A stretch of DNA of 24,000 bases from an uncultured Solirubrobacteraceae bacterium (GTDB lineage: Bacteria; Actinomycetota; Thermoleophilia; Solirubrobacterales; Solirubrobacteraceae), in contig CAWBEF010000012.1 of the NCBI GenBank assembly GCA_963787765.1, positions 20,939 through 44,938 of the forward strand, read 5' to 3'. The notes beneath the pieces were generated by a model. That model saw only the letters and a program-made list of their open reading frames with translations. It did no database searches and had not been told where the DNA came from. Numbering within the stretch: the stretch's first letter is position 1; every line of letters begins with the position of its first letter. This document shows, one piece after another, positions 15,134 to 23,018 of the stretch. Position numbers and translations under genes: made by a program.

Positions 15134-17025
15134 CGCGGCGGGAGGTCCAGTTCGGCGCCAACGCGCTTCTGAACCGACGCCACCGCCCGGAAGGCCTCCT
15201 TGAGATGGCTGCGGGTCAGGGCGCTCAGCTCCCCGGTGTCGAGGTGGTCGTCGGGCTCGCGGCCCTCGCGCAGCTGCTCGACCTGGTGTGCCATCCGCAG
15301 CTCGCTGAACAGCTCGTGGGCCTCCTCCAGTGTCCGGGCGTCCTCGGCCGGGAGCGTCCCCGCGTCCCTGGCGGCCCGCAGCCGCTCGGTCGTCGAGGCG
15401 CTCGTCACGCCCGCCGCGATCCCGGCCCAGCGTGCGAGGTCGACAACGGGCAGCAGCCCTCCCGTCTTGATGTCCAGCAGCCCGCGATGCTTGCCGTCGT
15501 GCTCGAGCACGAGCCCGCGGAGGAAGCCCGTCGGCGGCCGGTGGGCCAGGGCCAGCCGGGCGAGCAGCCGGACCAGCTGAGGCCGGGCCTGAGCCATGCG
15601 GAAGGTGTCGGCCAGCGGTGTGCCCTGGTGGATCCCCCAGACGGGCCGGCTGTCCACCAGCAGGGAGACGAGCACCAGGGCCTTCTCCTGGGTCGGCCGC
15701 TCGATCCAGCTGCGGGCCAGCCCCTGCCAGGAGTCGATCGAGCGCACGAACACCACATCCGAGGCCGTCGCGCCGTGGCTGTCGATCGGCAGTCCCCAGC
15801 TGCTCAGCTGCGCCGTCGCGGTCTCGGCCAGGCCGTGGAGATAGGGACGGACCTCCTGCTCGGCGCTGTCGCCGTACCAGACGATCGCGCTGTCCAGATC
15901 GGACCCCGGCGTCGCCTCGCGGCGCGCCTGGCTGCCGAGCGCCAGCCAGGTGAACTCGGCCGGCGCCGGCCCGGCCGCCGTGATCGCCAGTTCGATCACG
16001 CGGCGCGTCAGCGCGTCGAGCAGTACCGAGTACATCCGCGCGATGCTGGGCGCACCGACGCGTGCTTCGTGCAGCGCCACGACGGCCGGGCGTAGCCCCC
16101 CCGCTGCCCGGGCGAGCTCCTCCACGCTCGCCGCCCGTGCGATCGAGCCGCGCAGGTTGAACGAGGAGAGCGTCTCGGCGGCATGCAGGTCGACTGCCTC
16201 CACGACACCCACAAGCGTCCGCCCGGCGGTCACGACAGGGAAGTGGCGGATGCCCCGGTCGAGCATCTCGAGCAGCACGTCTCCTCCGAGGGCATCGGGG
16301 TCGACCGTGTAGGCCGGCGCGCTCATCGCCTGCGAGACCGGTGCGTCATAGGGGAGAGCGCCGGCGACGACGCGCGAACGGAGATCGCGGTCGGTCAGGA
16401 TCCCGAAGCTCTCACCCAGGTCGATGACCGCCGCGGTGGCTCCCGCCGCGGTCATCTGAGCGGCCACGTCGCGGATCGCCGCGGAGGGCGGGCACAGGAC
16501 CGGCGCTCCCCGGATCAGGCTTCGCACCGGGCGGTTCGCCGGGTCGGGCGTCGGCGCCCCGGTCGCGAGCGCCGTCGGCGCCCTCGCATGCATCTCAAGG
16601 AGCGAGCGCGCCACGAAGCGGACGCTCTCAGGACGCGCCAGGACGGCGCTCGCGACAGGCTGGGGGATCCGGTAGCAGAGCGTGTCCTCCTCGGCCCGGG
16701 CGGCGAATCCGGGGGGCAGCCCCGAGAGCATCGAGGCATGGCCGAACAGCTCACCGGCGCCCAGCAGGTCGAGCACCCGGCCGGCGAGCAGGATCGCCAC
16801 GGCGCCCGCCCGGATCACACGCAGGTGCTCGATCGGATGGGTCCCCTGGGAGAAGATCGTCGCCCCCGCGGGGAAGAACTCGACCTCGGTCGCCTGCGCC
16901 ACCCGCTCCAGATCGCCCTGGTCGAGCTCGTTGAACGGGGGGTATCCGCGCAGGAAGGCGCCGACCTCCTCGACAGCCGTGTTGACAGGCTGCTCGGCCG
17001 GCGCTGGCGCTGGGCCCGATGTCAC
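15130..17025 (-). CDS. cNMP-binding + tandem CBS + DUF294 nucleotidyltransferase protein
   Basis: The N-terminal cyclic-nucleotide-binding fold is FFPAGATIFSQG...GELFGHASML. Two CBS motifs follow (ILTDRDLRSRVV; HFPVVTAGRTLVGVVEAVDL). The NTase motif is LALGSQARREATPGSDLDSAIVW, followed by a C-terminal DUF294_C-like helical domain. The exact start is uncertain (GTG 17025). Confidence 0.85.
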   Translation of the reverse strand: MTSGPAPAPAEQPVNTAVEEVGAFLRGYPPFNELDQGDLERVAQATEVEFFPAGATIFSQGTHPIEHLRVIRAGAVAILLAGRVLDLLGAGELFGHASMLSGLPPGFAARAEEDTLCYRIPQPVASAVLARPESVRFVARSLLEMHARAPTALATGAPTPDPANRPVRSLIRGAPVLCPPSAAIRDVAAQMTAAGATAAVIDLGESFGILTDRDLRSRVVAGALPYDAPVSQAMSAPAYTVDPDALGGDVLLEMLDRGIRHFPVVTAGRTLVGVVEAVDLHAAETLSSFNLRGSIARAASVEELARAAGGLRPAVVALHEARVGAPSIARMYSVLLDALTRRVIELAITAAGPAPAEFTWLALGSQARREATPGSDLDSAIVWYGDSAEQEVRPYLHGLAETATAQLSSWGLPIDSHGATASDVVFVRSIDSWQGLARSWIERPTQEKALVLVSLLVDSRPVWGIHQGTPLADTFRMAQARPQLVRLLARLALAHRPPTGFLRGLVLEHDGKHRGLLDIKTGGLLPVVDLARWAGIAAGVTSASTTERLRAARDAGTLPAEDARTLEEAHELFSELRMAHQVEQLREGREPDDHLDTGELSALTRSHLKEAFRAVASVQKRVGAELDLPPR

Positions 17026-17125
17026 GCCTCGATCCTACGCCCGGGAAGTCCCGCGAACAGATTCCAATGGCCGGATTCTGAACTAAAGGCGCGATCGCTT
17101 TCGGTCGAAGCGATCAGGACGGCTT

Positions 17126-19187
17126 ATGACAGGCAGGGGATCCACGGACGTGCAGGCGCCGCCTCGCGGCTCGCAGAGGCCGACGCTCCGCGCCCCCGGC
17201 GCCCCGTGGGGGCCGCCGCGGGCGGATCAGGGCCACAGCGCGGCGTTTTGGCAGGCGACGCTCGATTCTTTGAGCGCACACGTCGCGGTGCTCGATCAGG
17301 ATGGCCGGATCGTGGCGGTGAATCGTCCCTGGCGGGACTTTGCCCAGAGCCAGGGCGGAAGCGGCGATTACATCGGCGAGAACTACCTCCAGGTCTGCAC
17401 GGCCGCCGGCGACCCCCTGGCGCTCGAGGTTGCACGTGGCCTGCTCGCGATCCTCGCGGGCGTGGAGCGCGAGGGCGTCTGGGAGTACCCCTGCCACGGG
17501 CCGCGGGAGCGGCGCTGGTTCGAGCTGCGCGCGACGCGCCACGCAGGCGCGGGGCCCGTGCGCGTGGTTCTCGCCCACCAGAACATCACCGCCGCACGGG
17601 AGGCCGAAGAAGAGGCGAGGCTCAAGTCGGAGCTGCTCGACGAGGTCGACGCCTCGGTGATGGTCGCGGACCTCGAGCTGCGCGTGCTCTCCTGGAGCAA
17701 GGGCGCCGAGCAGCTCTACGGCTGGACCGAGGAGGAGGCGATCGGGCGGCGCGCCGACGAGCTGCTCAGCGGCGGCGAAGTCGAGCGGAGCGCCCCGATC
17801 ATCGACGAGCTCCTCCAGGCCGGCCGCTGGGAGGGCGAGTTCCTCGCCTGCCGCAAGGACGGGTCCACGTTCTCCGGCTACTTCCGCAACCACGTGATCC
17901 GCGACGAGGCAGGGAATCCCCGGGCACTGGTCGGGGTCTCGGTCGACATCTCACAGATCAAGAGCGCCTCCCATGAAGTGCTCCGCGCGGGCAGCTATCT
18001 CCGAGCCGTCACCGACAGCATCGGTGAGGCGATGTTCACGCTGGACACCGAGGGGCGCGTCCAATACCTCAACCCCGCGGCTGAACGAGCTCTGGGCTGG
18101 ACCACGGCCGAGCTCGAGGGTCGCTCGATGCACACCGCGACGCATTCGCGCCGTGCCGACGGATCCTCGTTCCCCGTCGAGGAGTGCCCGATTCGGCGCA
18201 CCCGCACTGACGGCGAGACCGTCCACGAGACCGACGATGCCTTCATCCACTCCGACGGCACGCAGTTCCCCGTCGAGTACACCGCCACACCATTCTCGAC
18301 CGAGGAAGGGATCGAGGGCTGCGTGGTCGTCTTCGAGGACATCTCCGAGCGCAAGGCCGAGGAAGCAAAGATCGCGGCCGACCTCGAGAAGCTGCAGTGG
18401 GCCCGTGAAATCCAGGACGCCCTGGCGCAGGAGCGCTTCGTGCTCCACGGCCAACCGATCCAGGACATCCGAACGGGCAGGGTCGTCCAGCAGGAGCTGC
18501 TGATCAGAATGCGACCGCGCGAGGGCGAGCAGCTCATCCTCCCCGGCGCATTCCTGCCGGCCGCGGAGGAGCTCGGGCTGATCACCGAAATAGACCGCTG
18601 GGTGATCGACCAGGCGGCGCATATCGCGGCCACGGGAACGCCCGTCGAGCTGAACGTCTCGGCCCGGTCGATCAGTGACCGGCAGCTGATCGAGCACATC
18701 GAGAGCGCCCTGCGGCGCACCGGCGCGAGCCCACAGCTGCTCGTCTTCGAGATCACCGAGACGGCTGTCATGAGCAACATGGCGGCGGCCGAGGTATTCG
18801 TCAGGCGCCTGCGCCGGCTCGGCTGCCGGATCGCCCTGGACGACTTCGGCACCGGCTTCGGGAGCTTCACCTATCTCAAGCAGCTGGAGTTCGACTATCT
18901 GAAGATCGACATCGAGTTCGTGCAGGATCTCGCCGTCAACCCGGCCAGCCGGACGGTGGTGGAAGCGGTCGTTCGGCTCGCCGACGGCTTCTCGCTGAAG
19001 ACGGTCGGCGAGGGCGTGGAGGACGAGCAGACGCTGCGGCTGCTCGGGGCCCTGGGTGTCGACTATGCAGGGCTATCACATCGGTCGTCCCGCGGCGCTC
19101 GGCCCCGTGGCCGGCCCCCAGCATCCCGGGCAGCGGCTCGCCGTGAGGATCCGGCCGCTGCCCGCCGTGGGCGCTATCCGGCGGTGA
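17126..19187 (+). CDS. PAS-PAS-PAS-EAL cyclic-di-GMP phosphodiesterase-type protein (no GGDEF domain); frame disrupted near 19066-19068
   Basis: Three PAS-like modules. The EAL-domain motifs are QELLIRM, ELNVSARS, FEITE, DDFGTG, LKID and EGVEDE. The conserved terminal QGYHIGRP motif appears only after a +1 frame change at ~19067 (..GVDYA | QGYHIGRPAAL..), and that frame stops at 19187. The uncorrected ORF (to 19378) runs into the antisense of the next gene. Confidence 0.8.
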
Positions 19188-19740
19188 CGGCCCGCAGCTC
19201 CGCCAGGGCATCTCGGATCACGGCGTCGAGCTCGAGGCGGTTCCCGGGCTCGACCCAGCGCTCGAACGCGACCCGGAAGACCGCGATGGCAGCCTCGGCG
19301 GTGAGGGCCGCCGCCGGGTCGGCCACCCCGCGCCGCGCAGCGCCTCGGCGACCGCGCCGGCGAGCGATGCGAGCTTGATCAGCTCACGCTCCTGCAGCTC
19401 CGGGTTGGCGGCGATGATCTGCTGGCGCACGGGCCGCGAACTCGCGGCCGCGCCTCGAACATCGGCGGCGACCGCCTCGAGCGCGGCGGCGACGGCGTCC
19501 AGCGGCGCGGACGGATGGGGGGCGCGCGCCGACCTCGGAGACGAACAGCTGCTCGAGCTCCTGCGCCCCTGAGAACAGCACCTCGCGCTTGTCCGCGAAG
19601 TGGCGGAAGAACGTTCGCTTGGTCAGCCCGGCCCGCTCGGCGATCTCGGCGACCGTCGTGCTGTCGAAGCCGTGCTCCCCGTAGAGCGCCCACGCCGCCG
19701 GCTGGAGTCTGCCGCGCGCGTCCGGTTGCCATCTGCCCAT
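19174..19740 (-). pseudogene. TetR family regulator, interrupted by about 5 frameshifts
   Basis: The N-terminus is intact (MGRWQPDARGRLQPAAWALYGEHGFDSTTVAEIAERAGLTKRTFFRHFADKREVLF). The rest can be read only by hopping frames: HPSAPLDAVAAALEAVAA / MFEAR / REFAAR / RQQIIAANPELQERELIKLASLAGAVAEALRGAG / ADPAAALTAEAAIAVFRVAFERWVEPGNRLELDAVIRDALAELRAVTAG*. Shift sites are ~19517-19522 (G6 run), 19463, 19447, 19428 and 19326-19329. Confidence 0.8.
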
Positions 19741-19756
19741 CGTCCCAAGCATAGTC

Positions 19757-19804
19757 ATGACACCGGGTGTCATCCATGCTAAGTTGATGACATTGAGTGT
19801 CATC
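19757..19804. promoter_or_regulatory. Two related operator-like palindromes between the divergent TetR and SDR genes
   Basis: ATGACAC-CGG-GTGTCAT lies at 19757-19773 and GATGACA-TTGAG-TGTCATC at 19786-19804. Both are built on ATGACA/TGTCAT arms. Confidence 0.6.
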
Positions 19805-19854
19805 GAACACTCGGGCGCCGCAACGGCCCGAGCGCCGTTACCTGGAGGTTTTCC

Positions 19855-20783
19855 ATGCGTGTCTTAGTCACCGGCGCGTCCGGCCACATCGGCTCCGCCG
19901 TCGTTCCCGAGCTCTCGGGGCCGGTCATCAGGTTGTCGGTCTCGCCCGCTCTGACACTTCGGCCGCGGCGCGTCGAGGCCGCCGGCGCAGAGGTGCAGTT
20001 CGCGGCGAGCTCGATGACCTCGACGGCCTGGCGCCGGCCGCCGGCGCGGCCGACGGCGTGATCCACCTCGCGTTCAAGCACGAGGCGATGCAAGCGGGGG
20101 ACTTCCTCGGTGCGGTCGCCGCCGATCTCGCCGCGATCGAAGCGATCGGCGCGGCGCTGGAGGGTTCTGAGAAGCCCTTCGTGAGCACCGGAGGCACCTT
20201 GATGCTGGCCTTCGCGGGCATCACGGGCCGGCCGGGCACCGAGGCAGGACGTGGTCGCAGGCGGGGCCCCGCGTCGATGCCGAGAACGCCGTCGTCGCGA
20301 TGGCCGAGCGCGGGGTGCGCTCCTCGATCGTGCGCCTGCCGCCGCTGGTGCACAGCACGCTCGATCACCACGGCTTCGGGCCGGCCCTGATCGGGATCGC
20401 TCGCGAGCAGGGTTTCGCCGGCTACATCGGCGACGGGTCAACCGCTGGCCGGCGGTGCACACGCTCGACGCGGCCCGCGCATACCGCCTGGCACTGGAGT
20501 CGGCCCCGGCGGGACTCGCGCCTGCATGTGGTCGCCGAGGAAGGCGTGGCGTTCCGGGAGATCGCGGCGGCCATCGGCCCGGCAGCTGGGTGTGGGCAGC
20601 AGGCGGTCGCGCGCCGAGGACGTGGCCGGGTACTTCTCCTTCCTGGCGCCGTTCGTGGCGCTGGACAACCCCACCTCCAATGAGCTGACACGCGAGCTGC
20701 TCGGCTGGGAGCCGACCCACCCCGGGCTGATCGAGGACCTGGAGGACGGCCATTACTTCGCCGGGGATTCGGCGTCGAGCTGA
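19855..20783 (+). pseudogene. Atypical SDR / NAD-dependent epimerase-like oxidoreductase, interrupted by about 8 frameshifts
   Basis: GGAGG lies upstream of ATG 19855 (MRVLVTGASGHIGSAVVPEL). Consecutive family-typical segments lie in alternating frames: GAGHQVVGLARSDTSAAA / VEAAGAEV / RGELDDLDGL..ADGVIHLAFKHE...GRPGTEA / DVVAGG / PRVDAENAVVAMAERGVRSSIVRLPPLVH...GYIGDGS / NRWPAVHTLDAARAYRLALESAPAG / SRLHVVAEEGVAFREIAAAIG / RQLGV...LGWEPTHPGLIEDLEDGHYF. Confidence 0.8.
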
Positions 20784-20821
20784 TCGATCCCGCGCGGCCC
20801 GTCGGACGCTAGGATCGTCAT

Positions 20822-21172
20822 GTGTCCGACGTGGCCGCTCTGGTGGACGAGGTCGTAAGCGAGCTGGACAGCTGGCCGGGCGTTCGCTCCGAGCGCCGGT
20901 CGCAGGAGCTCGTGCTGGTCCGCTATGAGCATCTGGAGCTCGGGGTGCTCGACCGCGATCGCGGCGTGGCGCAGCTGCGCTTCTCGCCTGATGAGCGCAA
21001 CGATCTCGTCGAGCACGGCGACGCCGAGCCGGCCTACCCGGTGCTCGCCGGGGAGAACGTCAGCCACGACCTTCGCGGCCCGTCCGACGTTGCGGCCGTA
21101 CTCGAGCTGTTCGGCCGTCGCTACCGCGACCTCCGCGGCGAGGACGACCCCCGCAGCTCACAGGAACACTGA
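20822..21172 (+). CDS. Small DUF5519-like ('luciferase family') protein
   Basis: Intact 116-aa ORF with a GTG start. Its pattern matches my recollection of this family: SELDSWPGV...ELGVLD...LRF....R..LVEHG.A......G..V........DV.AVLELFGRRYRDLRG. Confidence 0.6.
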   Translation: MSDVAALVDEVVSELDSWPGVRSERRSQELVLVRYEHLELGVLDRDRGVAQLRFSPDERNDLVEHGDAEPAYPVLAGENVSHDLRGPSDVAAVLELFGRRYRDLRGEDDPRSSQEH

Positions 21173-21195
21173 CCATCGAGGGAAGGAAGTGGGGC

Positions 21196-21973
21196 ATGCG
21201 CAGGGGGGCAACGGGCTTGCTGGGGTTCGCGCTCGCCGCGGCGACGATCGTGCCGGGCCTCGCCGCGGCCGCGCCGACGGTGAGCATCAAAGCGAAGATC
21301 GTCCCGATCGCGGGCTTTCCGCACACGGGCAACAAACTCGGAGCGGGCGCCGCCGTTGAAAGCCGCGTCACGATCTCGGGCACCGAATACGGCGGCTTTC
21401 CGCCGCCGCTGATCGGCGTCAACGTCTTTCTGCCCAAGGGCACCGTGCTGCACCCCGCAGGGTTCCCCACATGCCCCGTCGCGACACTCGAACCGACGGG
21501 GCCCGGACCCAAGTACTGCCCGCAGGGCTCGCAGGCCGGGCCGGTCGGCAGGGTGCGTGGCGAGGTGGCCTTCGGCACGAAGATCGTCCCCGAGGAAGGG
21601 ACGATCGAATCGTTCTTCGCGGAAGGAGGCGGCCTTGAGTTCTTCACCTACGGCCACGAACCGACGATCATCGAAGTCATCTCGAAGGCCCACTACGTCG
21701 CCCGCGAGCGGCATCTACAGCCATGAGCTGATCGCCGCCGTGCCGCTCGTGGAAACGGTCCCCGGGGCCCAGGACGCCTCGGTGACGTCGGTCTCGATCA
21801 GGGTCGGCTCGGCGATCAGGCTGCACGGCCAGACGATCTACTACGGGCGGGTTCCGAAGAAGTGCCCGCGTGGCGGCTTCCCGGCGAAGGCTCAGCTGAC
21901 GTTCGCCGGCCTGGGCGGGCTCACCCAGGTGACGGTCACCAAGAAGCTGAAGGTCCCCTGCCCGCCTGGTTAG
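21196..21973 (+). pseudogene. Secreted protein of unknown function, with one frameshift near 21697-21712
   Basis: GGGAAGGAAG lies upstream of ATG 21196. The signal peptide is MRRGATGLLGFALAAATIVPGLAAAAP. The reading frame ends at 21726, but the +1 frame continues in a coding-like way (ASGIYSHELIAAVPLVETVPGAQDASVTSVSIRV...KLKVPCPPG*) to 21973 with no start codon of its own after the shift point. Confidence 0.6.
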
Positions 21974-21992
21974 CGGCGCAGACCGGCTCGCG

Positions 21993-22955
21993 TCAGGCGG
22001 CACTCCACAGCGCGTCGTCGCCGAGCGGTGTGCGGTGCGCGCGGCCGGTTGCGACGAGGTGCGTCAGCGCCGTTTCCGCCGCCGCCCGGTCTGGCAACGT
22101 CGTCGTGTCGGCAAGGACCCGCGCGACCTCCTGGCTCGTCAGCCCGCCGGGGTAGAGCGCCAGCAGCTCCTCGAGCTCGGGGACGGGCAGCCGGACGAGG
22201 TCCGGCTCCAGGTTCATGATCGCGACATCGGCCGCCTCGAAGGGCTGGAAGCCCGGGACGACCGAGGTGGCCCCGTCGGCGGCCCTGAGGACGAGACTGG
22301 GGGCGGTGTAGCGGTCGCGGCCGTCGGAGTTCGCCGTCCGCCCGAGCTTCACGGCCAGCCCGGCGGGGGTGCGCACCTCCTCGCGGTCGGCCTGGTAGGC
22401 ATCCTCGACGCCGGGGCTGTTCAGATCGCTGATCGCCTGCTCGACGTCGAGCCCCTCGATCGTCGAGCAGATCACGGCGAGCGCCTCGTCTGAATCGAGC
22501 GGGAGCGGTGTGTTGAAGACCGCGAAGCGCAGCGCCCTCATCGTCGCCTCGACGAACTCCTCGCCCTGCAGCGCCACCGCCTTGACCAGACGGCAGGCGG
22601 GCGCGCTCGCGAACAGACGCTCGCGCACATAGGGGGTGAAGGGCATCCCCAGGCTGCGGAAGTGCAGGGCCGTCAGCGCACCGCGCTCGGATGTGTAGCC
22701 CCGTGCTTCCAGCGCCTCGACGTGCTCGACGAGGCCGATCACGACGGTCCGCAGCTCCAGCTGGTCGCCGTAACGGCTCTCCAGCGTCCGCATGGCCGGC
22801 TCGAAGGAGTAGGCCCACGGGCACAGCGGGTCGGTCACGTGGGTCACCGTGACCCGGGCGCTCGAGCCCGTCTCGGCCGGAATGCGCCATGGCGCCGCGA
22901 TCCGCGGCAGCTCCCTCGTGTTCAAGCCCATGTGGGTCGAAGCCATGCCCACCAC
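21993..22955 (-). CDS. DsbA-family thioredoxin-fold protein (monothiol CPWA motif) with a C-terminal extension
   Basis: VTVTHVTDPLCPWAYSFEP matches the DsbA/FrnE-like active-site region, with Ala replacing the second Cys. The start is uncertain (GTG 22955, ATG 22946 or ATG 22931). Confidence 0.75.
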   Translation of the reverse strand: MVGMASTHMGLNTRELPRIAAPWRIPAETGSSARVTVTHVTDPLCPWAYSFEPAMRTLESRYGDQLELRTVVIGLVEHVEALEARGYTSERGALTALHFRSLGMPFTPYVRERLFASAPACRLVKAVALQGEEFVEATMRALRFAVFNTPLPLDSDEALAVICSTIEGLDVEQAISDLNSPGVEDAYQADREEVRTPAGLAVKLGRTANSDGRDRYTAPSLVLRAADGATSVVPGFQPFEAADVAIMNLEPDLVRLPVPELEELLALYPGGLTSQEVARVLADTTTLPDRAAAETALTHLVATGRAHRTPLGDDALWSAA

Positions 22956-23018
22956 GCTAGCGGCTCTGAGGCTCCTACCCGGCGGGGAATGCCCCGATCG
23001 GGCATCCTCTGGGGCGCG

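Noticed and set aside
19068-19378. C-terminal ~100 codons of the 750-aa ORF 17126..19378 (..GLSHRSSRGARPRGRPPASRAAARR..).
   Set aside because: The sequence turns into Arg/Ala/Ser low complexity exactly where the EAL domain should read QGYHIGRP. That motif is found in the +1 frame, which stops at 19187. The tail also runs antisense across the TetR gene. I treat it as frameshift read-through, not a real domain.
21690-21726. Programmed ribosomal frameshift as an explanation for the two-frame secreted protein gene.
   Set aside because: No slippery heptamer or downstream structure is evident around the shift (cactacgtcgcccgcgagcggcatc). The neighbouring loci carry many unprogrammed-looking indels, so mutation or sequence error is more parsimonious.
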